Shown here: in pieces, positions 63,451 through 64,000 of the stretch | Position numbering within the stretch: the stretch's first letter is position 1 | Layout of the letters: each line of letters begins with the position of its first letter | Assembly: GCA_963827475.1 (NCBI GenBank) | Contig: CAWHAZ010000005.1 | Coordinates: 864,001 to 928,000 of the forward strand | Direction: 5' to 3' | From: an uncultured Chloroflexia bacterium | Lineage (GTDB): Bacteria; Chloroflexota; Limnocylindria; QHBO01 | Length of the DNA stretch: 64,000 bases | Notes under the pieces: generated by a model | Database searches by the model: none | Told to the model about the DNA's origin: nothing | Seen by the model: the letters and a program-made list of their open reading frames with translations, nothing else | Made by a program: the position numbers and the translations under genes

Positions 63451-64000
63451 CTACGGGGAGCTGGACGGCGGGGCGCTGGGTCCCGGCTCGTCGTCGGCGC
63501 TGGTGATGGGGGCCGATTCCTCGCCCGCCAGCGGTGCGCCGAGCGCGGCCTCCGAGAAGATGGCCGAGGCGTTCCAGATCATCCATCCCGCGCCGCCGTT
63601 GTCGGCCACCGCCTGCATCTCCGCGCGCACGTCAGCCGCGTTGTAGGCCCGGAAGCCGCCGTACCCGAAGTCCTGGATCCAGGGCCGGATGCGGAGCGGA
63701 AGGCCGGCGGCCTGGGCATTCATGATCTCCAGCGTCCGGTCGATCATCACGTAGGGCGCCTCGTTGGGGACCGCGACGTCGAACACGCCGGGGTAGTAGT
63801 GGCTGGGGTAGACCATCGGGCTGAAGTAGTCGACGTACGGCATGATCACCTCCGGTCGCTGACCGATGCCCTGGTCGTCGCTGGCGATGAACGCGATCGG
63901 GAAGACGTCCGCCGCGAGGAACGTCCGGGTCCAGGCCAGCTCGTCCGAGATGACCCGCATCACCCGCTGGATGGTCGGCAGCCGGAACGACTGGGTGTGG
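63451..64000 (-). CDS. Putative glycoside hydrolase (DUF4015-like), 5' truncated by window edge
   Basis: ADVF, GIGQ, VDYFSPMVYPSHY, RPWIQDF, W..WNA. Confidence 0.82.
   Translation of the reverse strand, partial: HTQSFRLPTIQRVMRVISDELAWTRTFLAADVFPIAFIASDDQGIGQRPEVIMPYVDYFSPMVYPSHYYPGVFDVAVPNEAPYVMIDRTLEIMNAQAAGLPLRIRPWIQDFGYGGFRAYNAADVRAEMQAVADNGGAGWMIWNASAIFSEAALGAPLAGEESAPITSADDEPGPSAPPSSSP

Overview
High-GC (visibly about 70%) bacterial chromosome segment, most consistent with Chloroflexota (inferred from gene content and order, not from a database search). Nearly all of it is housekeeping backbone. Positions 1-17 kb run on the + strand (ruvB, NCS2 permease, queA, tgt, recA, recX, rny, ymdB, miaA, hflX). 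Positions 17-64 kb run almost entirely on the - strand (murC, cinA, yajQ, ftsK, rnj, pnp-rpsO-ribF-truB-rbfA-infB-nusA, rseP-dxr-cdsA-uppS-frr-pyrH-tsf-rpsB, rnhB-rplS-trmD-rimM-rpsP-ffh-ftsY-smc-rnc-acpP-nusB-plsX-rpmF, coaD-rsmD-recG, dtd). Three things stand out. (1) A c-di-GMP-I riboswitch heads an apparent operon inserted between recX and rny: an exported S8 protease ending in 13 tandem GNSWS repeats, followed by a membrane GAF-GGDEF-EAL protein. (2) PNPase carries an in-frame DEDDh (DnaQ/RNase T-like) 3'-5' exonuclease domain with all catalytic motifs intact. (3) A 28-bp dif-like XerCD site lies where gene orientation flips, suggesting the replication terminus. More than a dozen genes, many essential, are broken by apparent single-base frameshifts, most likely long-read consensus errors. 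I saw no tRNA, rRNA, CRISPR array, transposase or integrase.
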